A stretch of DNA of 52,593 bases from Patescibacteria group bacterium (GTDB lineage: Bacteria > Patescibacteriota > UBA1384 > UBA12157 > JAENIV01), in the NCBI GenBank assembly GCA_035288145.1, contig DATEAX010000028.1:1-52593 (forward strand), written 5' to 3'. How positions within the stretch are numbered: the first letter of the stretch is position 1; each line of letters opens with the position of its first letter. Shown piece by piece: positions 26,840-35,824 of the stretch. Under the pieces are notes generated by a model. It saw only the letters and a list, made by a program, of their open reading frames with translations. It searched no databases and was not told where the DNA came from. The position numbers and the translations under genes were made by a program.

Positions 26840-27624
26840 AGGGGACGGTTCTCTTTTTATCTTATGTTTGATATTTTTCTAATCTCTACCCAAAATGATG
26901 CTGAATTTTTCGGGTTTCATTATCTCTCTGATGAATCGAACCCCAAACCCGCCTTAAATAACTCGAAACAACCAAATCCCCAACAATCAACTTTTCATAG
27001 GATTCCTGTCTATCTTTTTGGTTTTTACCAAGACCTTCATAAAAAATATCCTCTGTGAGTAGTATATTTTTGTCGCCCAGAACATAAAATCGATAACTCG
27101 AATAACGATATTCTTCAGGATTAACGACTAAACCTTTTCTGACCGGATTTAGTTCAATATATTTCCCGCACTGAATAAAATATTCGTCTTTACCAACCGG
27201 CTGGCTCTTAAACCTATCTTGCCAAAAATGGCCGACCCATCTATATTTTCTTTTGTAATAATGAAAATAAGCTAAATTAATTTTCTTCATAAAAAGCGAA
27301 AAACTGTGAGCTTTTTGGGTTTTCATAAGCATATGGACATGGCTGGGCATTAAACAATAATGAAAGAGATCGAACGGCAATTCATTCTTGTACTTCGACA
27401 TCAAATCGAGATAATAACGATAATCGTCATCTTTTTTAAAAACGAAATTTTTGTTATTTCCCCTTGTCATAATATGATAATAACTACGTGACAAGAGTAA
27501 TCGCGGCGGTCTTGGCATAGATCCAATATAACACGAAGTTAAGTAAAAAATATCAATGTCCATGGTAAAAGAGAACCGTCCCCTAATAGCGTCCCCTAAT
27601 AGTAGAATATTCACGCTGGAGCGG
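26840..27624 (-). mobile_element. REPtron-like unit 1: RayT/IS200-like Y1 transposase gene bracketed by an 18-bp perfect inverted repeat plus REP-like core
   Basis: AGGGGACGGTTCTCTTTT 26840-26857 and its exact reverse complement 27567-27584; tandem CGTCCCCTAATAG x2 27577-27602; core ACGCTGGAGCGG 27613-27624. Confidence 0.7.
26886..27518 (-). CDS. REP-associated tyrosine (HUH-Y1) transposase, RayT/IS200-like
   Basis: YHIMTRGN, HUH motif PSHVHMLM, YIELNPVRKGLV, YRYSSY; likely start MPRPPRLL at 27518. Confidence 0.85.
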   Translation of the reverse strand: MPRPPRLLLSRSYYHIMTRGNNKNFVFKKDDDYRYYLDLMSKYKNELPFDLFHYCLMPSHVHMLMKTQKAHSFSLFMKKINLAYFHYYKRKYRWVGHFWQDRFKSQPVGKDEYFIQCGKYIELNPVRKGLVVNPEEYRYSSYRFYVLGDKNILLTEDIFYEGLGKNQKDRQESYEKLIVGDLVVSSYLRRVWGSIHQRDNETRKIQHHFG

Positions 27625-27652
27625 GATTGGGGGATAAACATTGAAACTCAAC

Positions 27653-28558
27653 TTACTGATACTTCTTCAAATTTTCCGCGTGTTCCTCTGCGGTCCGGGA
27701 ATAAACCGCATGGCCGTCTTCTTTATGAAAAAAGTAGAGAAAGCCATCCTTTTGAGGATGAAGGACAGCTTCAATTGATTTGATGCCGGGATTGGCGATC
27801 GGACCCGGGGGGAGCCCGGGATTCAAGTAAGTATTGTAAGGCGAATTGAGTTTATAATCAGCAAGGGAAATTCTCTCCCAGCTTCCTTTGGCATATTGGA
27901 TTGTCGGATCGGCTTCCAGTTTGATATTTTTCTCCAACCGATTTAAGTAAACACCGGCGATTTTGGCTCGGTCTTCATCAAATTTGGCTTCCCGTTCAAC
28001 AATCGAGGCCAAAATTATTGTCTCGCGGGTGATTTTCATTTGGGCCGTCTTTTTATTAAAATTATCAAGCATTTCCCGCCGGATGTCCTCCGGTTTGGCA
28101 TCGGGAAGAAAGCGGTAGGTGTCGGGAAATAAATAACCTTCATCTGCCGAGGCCGCCTGTATCAACTGACCAGCCTTAATGATTTTTTTATTGGCCAACG
28201 CCTCGTCAATTTGGGTCAAGCGCCAGCCCTCGGGAATGGTGATTAAATATTCCGAGGTCTTGCCGGAAACTAAAATAGCCAAAATTTCTTTAATGCTTTG
28301 GCCGGGTGATAATTTATAGACGCCGACCTGAATTAATTCGCCTTTGAGTTTGATATACAAAGTAAAAACATTCGCCGAAGGAATGATGCCGGCACTTTCA
28401 AGATTTCCGGCAATTTCCCTGGTGCTTTGACCGGAACGAACGATAAAATCGCGGGGTTCGCCTCGCCCTTTCTTATTGAGTAAATAATAAAAATAAATTC
28501 CCAGCAAGATAATGCCAAGAAGGATTATCAAGATGATGATGAAGAAAAGTTTTTTCAT
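27653..28558 (-). CDS. mltG: endolytic murein transglycosylase MltG (YceG-like)
   Basis: N-terminal TM, LysM-like segment, ASIVEREA, YNTYLNPGLPPGPIANPG. Confidence 0.9.
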   Translation of the reverse strand: MKKLFFIIILIILLGIILLGIYFYYLLNKKGRGEPRDFIVRSGQSTREIAGNLESAGIIPSANVFTLYIKLKGELIQVGVYKLSPGQSIKEILAILVSGKTSEYLITIPEGWRLTQIDEALANKKIIKAGQLIQAASADEGYLFPDTYRFLPDAKPEDIRREMLDNFNKKTAQMKITRETIILASIVEREAKFDEDRAKIAGVYLNRLEKNIKLEADPTIQYAKGSWERISLADYKLNSPYNTYLNPGLPPGPIANPGIKSIEAVLHPQKDGFLYFFHKEDGHAVYSRTAEEHAENLKKYQ

Positions 28559-28965
28559 TTTTTTTGAGCTACATTAAGATATTGCTCTAAAATCATTTTC
28601 GCCGCCAGTTTATCCACCTCTTCTTTATAGCGGCCTGACCGGGGATTTAAGGAAGAATCCTTAAGAACTCGTTCGGCATCTTTGGAAGTCAGGGTTTCAT
28701 CAACAAAAACGACCTCAACATCGAGATTTTTTTTGAGTTCAAGGGCAAAGGCATGAATTTTATCCGCTTGGAGGCTGTCTCGAAAGTGAGGCAAGCCGAT
28801 GACGATATTTTCGATTTGCTCTCGTCTTACGAGACGGCTTAATTCATGAACTGCCTCATTGAGGTTTTTATTTTCAATCACTCCCCATGTGGCGACGAGA
28901 TTATTTTCGGCAATTGCCACCCCAATTCTTCTTTCGCCCATATCCAGACCAAGTATTTTTTTCAT
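28555..28965 (-). CDS. ruvX: YqgF/RuvX putative pre-16S rRNA nuclease
   Basis: ILGLDMGERRIGVAI, IVIGLP, DETLTS. Confidence 0.88.
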   Translation of the reverse strand: MKKILGLDMGERRIGVAIAENNLVATWGVIENKNLNEAVHELSRLVRREQIENIVIGLPHFRDSLQADKIHAFALELKKNLDVEVVFVDETLTSKDAERVLKDSSLNPRSGRYKEEVDKLAAKMILEQYLNVAQKK

Positions 28966-30653
28966 GTCCCAGCTCCCGGTGAGGACAAGGGGGAATGGGA
29001 TGAGACCGGAGTCGGACTTTTGACCGCTTCCGGTTCCAAATAATCAAGTTTCACATCGACATTTCGTCTGAAGTTGGGAATCCTTTTTAATGGCCAAAAA
29101 GCCGGCCTAAATTGGATGCTTGATCCCGCCAGCCCCTCGATTCTTTCTAAATATTTCTCCGCCTCCTTGCGATTTTTACCCAAAAGATTTTCTTTAATTT
29201 TTTCTTTGTCGATTTCGGAGGAAATTTTTGCCGTTGTGCTTACGTCCAACAAAACCAGGTTTTGATCGTAACGTTTTTCTTTGACTTGCGAAGTGATGAG
29301 GTCATTGGGACCCAAAGAAATCATTTTGTCAGTGGGAATTTGTTCAGTCAAGATGGCGACAATAAATTTCTCAAAGTCGTTTTTGGAGAAAGCGATTTGT
29401 CTCAAACGTTGTTTAATTTTTAAATTAAAATCCTGGGCTTCGCCGTCAACTTTGACCGAAGAAATTTCTTCAACGATATCTATTTGAAGACCGCTTTCCA
29501 AAGCAATCTGACCACCGATTTTGTCCGCGAGGTCTTTCTTCAAATCTTCAGTAAGTGTTTTGGTCAGTTTTTCTTTGGCGGAATCGTAATCGGCCTGGGA
29601 GACCACTTGAACTTCTTTGGAAAATCCGCCGGTCAAATCTTTGCTTGATTGGCCATAAATTTTTTCCTGCTGTTCAGCCGAAAGACCGACAATGGTAAAG
29701 CGGCCGGCTTTGACATTATATTCTTCGCCGGGATTTTCCGCTTCAATCTCAACCGTCGCCGTGCCCGGGACAATATTGCCGCCGCGGATTGACGTCCCGG
29801 GAACGCTGGCGGTGGTTTTTCCGACAAAAGTTTTTGATGATGAGGAAAATTTTGTGCCTTGGCCGAAGTTTTGCTCGCTTGAATCCCAATAATTATAGAG
29901 TGTAAGAGTTCCAATCGCTTTGCCGCCTAAATTTTTCTTTCCCGTGGTCGGAAATTTCTCTTCTTTCTCCCGGGTAAGGTCGATTAATCCGCCGCCATAA
30001 ATCTTACTTTCCGGATTAGAGGGTTTGTCTCCTTGAAGCGTCACTTCAAGATTTTTTTGAAAACTTTCCGCCTGAACCTGAAGTTGAATGTTGACTTTGG
30101 GAAAAATTAAAAATGCCCCAGTGAGGATTAGCAAAACGACGATTGCCAAAAGCGGCCAGAGAATTTTACGATACCTTGACCAATCTATTTCTTTCTTAAT
30201 CTTCGGCGGCCGCCAGGTTTCTTGGGGCGTGGGCAAGCCGACGTCTTTTTTTTGCCAGCCGCCTGCTTGCTCCTGAAAATGATGCACCTGAACCCCCTTG
30301 GGTTTCTCGTCCTTAAGAGGCGTCTTTGGGGTATCGTCAATTTCAATCACCTCGTTACGGGTGGGCAGGGGTGCCGGCGGGAGAACTTCCGGATGCTCGC
30401 TTTTAACCGATTCATAAACTTTGAGGCCAACTTTGGCCGCCAGATTCCTACCGATTTTATCGGCGGTGACAATGGCAATTTCTTTACCAATAATGCTGGC
30501 TTCTTTTAAAAGAAGCCGCAGATTAACCACGCTTTGCAGGAGGGTGGCCTCGCGGGGAATAACTAAACTTAGACGAACAGCTTTCGACTGTTTGATTTTA
30601 TCGATGACGGAAGTAATTTCCTCGTCCGGTTCAAGATAAAGAATTTCGTCCAT
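28962..30653 (-). CDS. bitopic membrane protein of unknown function, coupled to ftsA-like gene
   Basis: cytoplasmic N-domain, one TM (ILWPLLAIVVLLILTGAFLIF), large extracytoplasmic domain; 4-nt overlap with ruvX and 2-nt gap to ftsA. Confidence 0.6.
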   Translation of the reverse strand: MDEILYLEPDEEITSVIDKIKQSKAVRLSLVIPREATLLQSVVNLRLLLKEASIIGKEIAIVTADKIGRNLAAKVGLKVYESVKSEHPEVLPPAPLPTRNEVIEIDDTPKTPLKDEKPKGVQVHHFQEQAGGWQKKDVGLPTPQETWRPPKIKKEIDWSRYRKILWPLLAIVVLLILTGAFLIFPKVNIQLQVQAESFQKNLEVTLQGDKPSNPESKIYGGGLIDLTREKEEKFPTTGKKNLGGKAIGTLTLYNYWDSSEQNFGQGTKFSSSSKTFVGKTTASVPGTSIRGGNIVPGTATVEIEAENPGEEYNVKAGRFTIVGLSAEQQEKIYGQSSKDLTGGFSKEVQVVSQADYDSAKEKLTKTLTEDLKKDLADKIGGQIALESGLQIDIVEEISSVKVDGEAQDFNLKIKQRLRQIAFSKNDFEKFIVAILTEQIPTDKMISLGPNDLITSQVKEKRYDQNLVLLDVSTTAKISSEIDKEKIKENLLGKNRKEAEKYLERIEGLAGSSIQFRPAFWPLKRIPNFRRNVDVKLDYLEPEAVKSPTPVSSHSPLSSPGAGT

Positions 30654-30655
30654 AG

Positions 30656-31912
30656 TTATTCTCGCAAATTGGTGACAATTCGATTTAAAATATTATCCAT
30701 CACTTTTTCTTCGCCGACAAGGTCAATCGCCAAATTAGCTAAACTCATTGGCGTTATATCCCAAGGATTAGTTAATTCCTTAGTTTGGTCAAGGATATTT
30801 TCGACATCCTGCGGCCTGATGAAATGGACCGAGGGCTTGCGGGCGAAGGGCAGTCCGGGATTCCATTGGGCGGATTTTAAAACTTCTTCAATGTCCGGCA
30901 ACAGGGCACCACCGCCGCAAATCAGAATTCTGGACGGCAAAAGTTCCAGCGAAGAAAACTCCTCTAAAGTTAATTCTACCCCCGAAAGCCAAACCTGGCA
31001 ATCGGTCCCGAGAGCCTTTTTGACAAATTTTGCGTCTTCTGCCGGAAGCTCCCCACGAGAATATTTGATTTTAACGCTTTCGGCTTCTTCAAATGACGAG
31101 CCGAAAACTTGAGCGATTCTTTTGGTAAAAGACCTCCCGCCCAAAGCAAACATTTTCGTGCCTTCCACCCCGCCTTGGCTGACAACGGCCAGGTCGGTCG
31201 TCCCGCCGCCAATATCAATAAAGATGGCGGAAAATTCCGTTGATTCTTTGGGACCGATGGAACGGGCTAAAGCGTAAGGGTCGGCAACGATGGAAAGGAG
31301 GTCCAAACCCAGCTCGGCGGCGATAGTTTGCAAAGCCCCTAGATGAACAATCGGGGCAAAGGCGTTGAAAACGCCGACTTGCAGTTCGCGTCCCTGGAAA
31401 CCCAAAGGATTGGTCACTTTGTAACCGTCAATTTTGACATCAACAATGGCGGCGTTGACGAGTTTCACATCAACTTCGGCGTGACCGGTTTCCCAGGCGA
31501 GAATCTGGCGGGCGCGGTCAAAGGAGCGGCGTTGAATGCGAGAGATGATATCCTTGAGTTCTTCCAGAGTGATGCCTTTTTTATGATCCGGTCGAGTGTA
31601 TTTGATGGTGGTGGTATTTCCCTTGACAAGTTCGCCGGCAATGCCCATAATCACTTGGCTAGGCATGATTTTTGCCATTTCTGCTGCCCGCTCGAGGGCT
31701 TTTTGGCAATTGCGGACAACGCCATGAATGTCGGTGACTGCCCCGCCCTGCATATCCGAGAGTTTTTGTCGCTGGCGGCCGGAACCAACGACAATGCCTT
31801 TATCGTCTTCGACTTTAAAAATCAAGCATTTGGCATATTCCGTGCCAATATCCAAAGCGATGGCGTAGCGGTTTTCGATTTTTTTCTGCCCTAAGAAGTC
31901 AAATAGACCCAA
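30656..31912 (-). CDS. ftsA: actin-like cell division protein FtsA (or PilM-like ASKHA ATPase)
   Basis: ALDIGTEYAK, FIDIGGGTTDLAVV, ICGGGALLP; TTG start. Confidence 0.8.
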   Translation of the reverse strand: MGLFDFLGQKKIENRYAIALDIGTEYAKCLIFKVEDDKGIVVGSGRQRQKLSDMQGGAVTDIHGVVRNCQKALERAAEMAKIMPSQVIMGIAGELVKGNTTTIKYTRPDHKKGITLEELKDIISRIQRRSFDRARQILAWETGHAEVDVKLVNAAIVDVKIDGYKVTNPLGFQGRELQVGVFNAFAPIVHLGALQTIAAELGLDLLSIVADPYALARSIGPKESTEFSAIFIDIGGGTTDLAVVSQGGVEGTKMFALGGRSFTKRIAQVFGSSFEEAESVKIKYSRGELPAEDAKFVKKALGTDCQVWLSGVELTLEEFSSLELLPSRILICGGGALLPDIEEVLKSAQWNPGLPFARKPSVHFIRPQDVENILDQTKELTNPWDITPMSLANLAIDLVGEEKVMDNILNRIVTNLRE

Positions 31913-31913
31913 A

Positions 31914-31927
31914 TTTACCCCGCTCCT
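31914..31927 (-). repeat. solo half-copy of the type-2 REP-like palindrome
   Basis: minus strand GGAGCGGGGTAAAT identical to plus strand 33369-33382. Confidence 0.55.
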
Positions 31928-32060
31928 TTAGCTTGACGAAATTTAAATTATTTTTGATGTTTTTTTGTTGTAAGTTGTATGTTAATCTCTATACATCAAA
32001 AATACGGATTCCCAAATCCTTCTTATATTAATAGTATAGCGCAAATCCAGCCGGATACCA

Positions 32061-32087
32061 AAATTTACACCCCTGGGGTGTAAATTT
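32061..32087 (-). terminator. 13-bp perfect inverted repeat, probable terminator of 32122-32484
   Basis: AAATTTACACCCC-T-GGGGTGTAAATTT; T-rich on minus strand after the stem. Confidence 0.5.
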
Positions 32088-32121
32088 ACTCTTCCTATCC
32101 TGATTTTCTTAATTCTTTAGA

Positions 32122-32484
32122 TTATTTGTGCTCTGCAAGTAATCTCTGTAATTTTCTTTTAAGAGTAGAAATCCTGACTTCAGCTCGATCATTGAGGCTT
32201 ATTTGCATCATTGCATCTTCATTTGCCCCTCTGTACTTAGTTTCATTTGCACGTCTAATTATTTGGTGGCCTTCTTCGATTCCTTTTTTCGTATCAGCAA
32301 TTTCAACCATTATCCTCATCAATTCCACCTCATCCTGACCTATAGATTCCGGATTTACCGCCATTGATTCTAAAGTATTCTTTTTTTCTATTTCTCCGGT
32401 TTGTTTTTGAGACTCTCCAAACTCTTTCGCTGCTTGTTTTTCTTCTTCAGACCTAAATTCATCTCCGTTGTTCATTTCATTCAT
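32122..32484 (-). CDS. acidic hypothetical protein (120 aa)
   Basis: ATG 32484 with GAGGAGG 6 nt upstream; no family motif recognised. Confidence 0.55.
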   Translation of the reverse strand: MNEMNNGDEFRSEEEKQAAKEFGESQKQTGEIEKKNTLESMAVNPESIGQDEVELMRIMVEIADTKKGIEEGHQIIRRANETKYRGANEDAMMQISLNDRAEVRISTLKRKLQRLLAEHK

Positions 32485-32603
32485 AATTTTCCTCCTCAAA
32501 TGTTTTTAACCTTAGAAAGCTTTTGCCTTCCTACCTTCATTTAACTCTCTCTCTGCTTGTCAAGAGTTTGTCAATAATTTATCTTGTCTTACCAGTGTTA
32601 CCC

Positions 32604-33387
32604 AATTACCCCGCTCCTGGAGCGGGGTTAAAAATGGTTAAATATGTTATGATAAGAGTATGAAAAGAGCAGTTGGGTTAGTTACCGGAGAAGTCTATCA
32701 TATTTTTAATAGAAGTATCGTTGATTATCGGATATTTAATAATGATGAAGAATATTTCAGAATGATGAATTTACTGAAATACTATCAAATCAGAAGTGAA
32801 ATTAAATTCTCTGAATTTATTCAATTAAAACAGATTGAGGGATATGGTTTTGACAGATTTTTTGAAATCATTTCCAAAGATAAAGAAAAAGTTGTACAGA
32901 TTATAGCTTACTGTCTTATGCCTACCCACTTTCACTTAATCCTTAAACAATTAGCTGAAAAAGGAATTTCATCTTATATGGCAAACACACTAAATAGTTA
33001 TACACATTACTTTAACATGAAACACAGAAGAAAAGGTCCTTTATGGGAGAGTAAATTCAAAAACGTCTTGGTAAATAATGACGAACAATTGATCCATCTG
33101 ACAAGATATATTCATCTAAATCCTGCCACTGCTTTATTAACTGAAAAACCAGAACAATGGTCATTCTCTTCATATAATAAATATTTATCAACATCGTGCT
33201 CAACTTCTACGCTTTGCCAATATAGTGATATTTTAGATATTAAAACATCAGAGTACAAAAAATTCGTAAATGATAGAGTTTCATATCAAAGAGAATTAGC
33301 CAAAATCAAAAATTTATTACTGGATTAAACCTTATTCTGCCCCCTTACCTATTACCTACCACGCTCCTGGAGCGGGGTAAATGGTTC
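32604..33387 (+). mobile_element. REPtron/IS200-like unit 2: Y1 transposase gene flanked by direct copies of a palindromic REP-like sequence
   Basis: ATTACC..CGCTCCTGGAGCGGGGT..AAATGGTT at 32604-32638 and 33351-33387; palindromes centred on T32618 and T33368. Confidence 0.7.
32660..33328 (+). CDS. REP-associated tyrosine (HUH-Y1) transposase, RayT/IS200-like
   Basis: YHIFNRS, HUH motif PTHFHLIL, RYIHLNPATALL, WSFSSY. Confidence 0.85.
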   Translation: MKRAVGLVTGEVYHIFNRSIVDYRIFNNDEEYFRMMNLLKYYQIRSEIKFSEFIQLKQIEGYGFDRFFEIISKDKEKVVQIIAYCLMPTHFHLILKQLAEKGISSYMANTLNSYTHYFNMKHRRKGPLWESKFKNVLVNNDEQLIHLTRYIHLNPATALLTEKPEQWSFSSYNKYLSTSCSTSTLCQYSDILDIKTSEYKKFVNDRVSYQRELAKIKNLLLD

Positions 33388-35070
33388 CAAAATCGCTTTG
33401 ATGCGGCGGACGCCGGCGGATGAAGATTCCTCTTTAATGATTTTGAAATGGCCGAGTACGCCGGTATTTTCAACATGGGGTCCGCCGCAGACCTCGCGCG
33501 AGAAATCGTCAATCGAATAGACCTTTACTTTTTCGCCGTATTTTGAGGTAAATTGAGCTTCGGCGCCTTTTGCTTTAGCTTCTTCAACGGTCATTTCGTC
33601 CATCTTCACCGGAAGATTTGCCGCGATTTTTTGATTAACGATGACTTCGATTTTTTTAATTTGCTCGTCGGTTAATTTTTCAGGATAGGAAAAATCAAAA
33701 CGGAGCCGCTCGGCGTTGATATTCGAACCGCGCTGATGAACATCGGCTCCCAAAACAATCTGTAAGGCCTTAAGCAGAAGATGGGTCGCGGTATGGTATT
33801 TCGTCTCCATCTCGCCTTCGCCTGCCAGCCCCCCCTTAAACATGCTTATTCCGGCGCGAGAAATTTCCCGATGCTTTTTTTGCTCAACATCAATATCTTG
33901 ATCCGTAATCTTAACTTGATTCATCGCCGCATAATCTTGATACATTCTTATCGGGCATCCCTGGGATTGAAACAAATCAAAAGCGTCTTTGGCTGAATAT
34001 TCCCTTCGGTTTTTGATAATCTCTTCACATTTTGTTAAAACTACGCTAAAAGATTTTGCTTCGTTAAAAATTATTCCTTCAATTTTTTGTTGATTATCTT
34101 TTAATTCTGGATATTGACTTTTAAGGCTTTCGATGATTACGGAAATGATATTTTTAATCCAAGTGGGCTCGAATTCTTTCATCCCGCTGTAATCCACTAA
34201 ACGTCTGATTAATTTCCTCAAAACCGATTCTCTTTCATTTTTGCCTGGAACTATCCCCGCGCTGGTAATCATCACGCTTGAACGCAGATGATCGGCAATC
34301 ATTCTGATGGATTCACCGTCTTTATCTTTTTTAAACGGCGTTTCTTCTTCAATTGAATTGATTGTCGGTTGAAAGACATCCGTCTCGTAAATATCATCAA
34401 GTCCATTTAACACCGCCAGCGTTCTTTCCAAACCCATGCCCGTATCTACACCTTTCTTTTCAGATTTCTCGTACTTTCCGTTATTAAAAACATATTCATT
34501 AAAAACTATATTCCAGATTTCAATATCATCAAAGTAAAATTCAACCGTTGGGCCGCCGGGGGAGTTTTCCGCGCCAAGCGACCAAAAATTATCGTCGCCT
34601 TGACCTTCAATTTTTTCTAAACCTTCCAACTGCTCCAATATTTTTTTTGATTCATCATCTGTTGCGATATCAATTTTTGCTTTACTTTTTTCAAAATAAG
34701 TGACTGAAATTTTTTCTTTATCAATTCCCAACCACTTTTTACTTGTTAAAAACTCCCAAGCAAATTCAATCGCTTCTTTTTTGCCGTATCCCCCGAAGGA
34801 AAAATTGCCGAGCATTTCAAAAAAAGTGAGATGCGTCTCGTCGCCAACCTCTTCAATATCAGATGTCCGAAGGCATGGTTGGCAAGTGACAATATTTTTC
34901 GCGGGCGCTTTTTCGGGATTAAGATAAAACTCTTTGAACTGTTGCATCCCGGCAGTGGTAAACAAAACCGACGGGTCATTTTCCGGGATTAAACTTGAGG
35001 CCGGAAATTCGCGATGGCCGCGCTCGACAAAAAATTGAATAAATTTTTGTCGGAGTTCTTGAGAGGTCAT
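33352..35070 (-). CDS. alaS: alanyl-tRNA synthetase, compact form ending right after the editing domain
   Basis: FTTAGMQQFK, RTSDIEEVGDETHLTFFEMLGNFSFG, HTATHLL, CGGPHV, GVRRIKAIL; last 11 codons lie in the REP-like repeat. Confidence 0.9.
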   Translation of the reverse strand: MTSQELRQKFIQFFVERGHREFPASSLIPENDPSVLFTTAGMQQFKEFYLNPEKAPAKNIVTCQPCLRTSDIEEVGDETHLTFFEMLGNFSFGGYGKKEAIEFAWEFLTSKKWLGIDKEKISVTYFEKSKAKIDIATDDESKKILEQLEGLEKIEGQGDDNFWSLGAENSPGGPTVEFYFDDIEIWNIVFNEYVFNNGKYEKSEKKGVDTGMGLERTLAVLNGLDDIYETDVFQPTINSIEEETPFKKDKDGESIRMIADHLRSSVMITSAGIVPGKNERESVLRKLIRRLVDYSGMKEFEPTWIKNIISVIIESLKSQYPELKDNQQKIEGIIFNEAKSFSVVLTKCEEIIKNRREYSAKDAFDLFQSQGCPIRMYQDYAAMNQVKITDQDIDVEQKKHREISRAGISMFKGGLAGEGEMETKYHTATHLLLKALQIVLGADVHQRGSNINAERLRFDFSYPEKLTDEQIKKIEVIVNQKIAANLPVKMDEMTVEEAKAKGAEAQFTSKYGEKVKVYSIDDFSREVCGGPHVENTGVLGHFKIIKEESSSAGVRRIKAILEPFTPLQERGR

Positions 35071-35687
35071 TTATTTCCTAAAATAAGTTTTTTGACAAAA
35101 TCCCCTAAATTGGCAAAACCGACGGTCACCGGATTTCTTTTCTCCGATTGCGACTTTGAATACCAAGCGTCATGGACTTTATCATACATTCCTTCGGCAC
35201 CTTTGACTTTTTGAACAAAGAAAACCGTCTCGTAGGGTAAAGGCATCACCTTGTCTTTATATTTATCCGCCCGGGGAACGCCAGCATTGTAGGCGGCGAG
35301 GGCTAAATCTAAATTTCCATTATACTTATCTAAAAGCCCCTTAAGATACCACGACCCATAGCGAATGGAAACTTCCGGATTATACAAATCACCCATAGGT
35401 TCGCCGAGTTCGCCGGCAATCGACTGCCCTGTGCCGGGCATAATCTGCATTAAACCCTGGGCGCCGACCGAGGAGGTTGAGGAAGGATTAAAGCGGCTTT
35501 CGGTGTAAATTACCGCGGCGACCAAATTAGGCCTTAGGGAACGCTGGTCCGAATATTTTTTAATCGAATCCCGATAATCCAAAGGATAGAGAAGTTCACC
35601 CCAGACATGGGGAAAGAAAAAATAAAAAATCGCCAAAAGAAGAATTGTCACCAAACTTAGAATGATAAATTTTGCCAATCTTCTCAT
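35067..35687 (-). CDS. membrane-anchored lytic transglycosylase (SLT domain)
   Basis: ESRFNPSSTSSVGAQGLMQIMPGT, AAYNAG. Confidence 0.88.
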   Translation of the reverse strand: MRRLAKFIILSLVTILLLAIFYFFFPHVWGELLYPLDYRDSIKKYSDQRSLRPNLVAAVIYTESRFNPSSTSSVGAQGLMQIMPGTGQSIAGELGEPMGDLYNPEVSIRYGSWYLKGLLDKYNGNLDLALAAYNAGVPRADKYKDKVMPLPYETVFFVQKVKGAEGMYDKVHDAWYSKSQSEKRNPVTVGFANLGDFVKKLILGNK

Positions 35688-35759
35688 CTTTATTCCATCT
35701 CCGTTAAAATCTGCTATTATTATAGTAGCATTCTTTTAAGAGAATGTGAACCGTCCGAG

Positions 35760-35788
35760 TTGACAAAGATAAGGATGTCCGTTAAAAT
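35760..35788 (+). promoter_or_regulatory. sigma-70-type promoter of the sigma factor gene
   Basis: TTGACA 35760-35765, 17-nt spacer, TAAAAT 35783-35788. Confidence 0.5.
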
Positions 35789-35824
35789 TTCAATGTTGAG
35801 GACTCTTCTTAGGAGGTGAAAAAG

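Noticed and set aside
30669-31894. Antisense ORFs (147 and 183 aa) opposite the ftsA-like gene
   Set aside because: The sense strand carries unambiguous actin-fold ATPase motifs and the antisense translations have no recognisable features.
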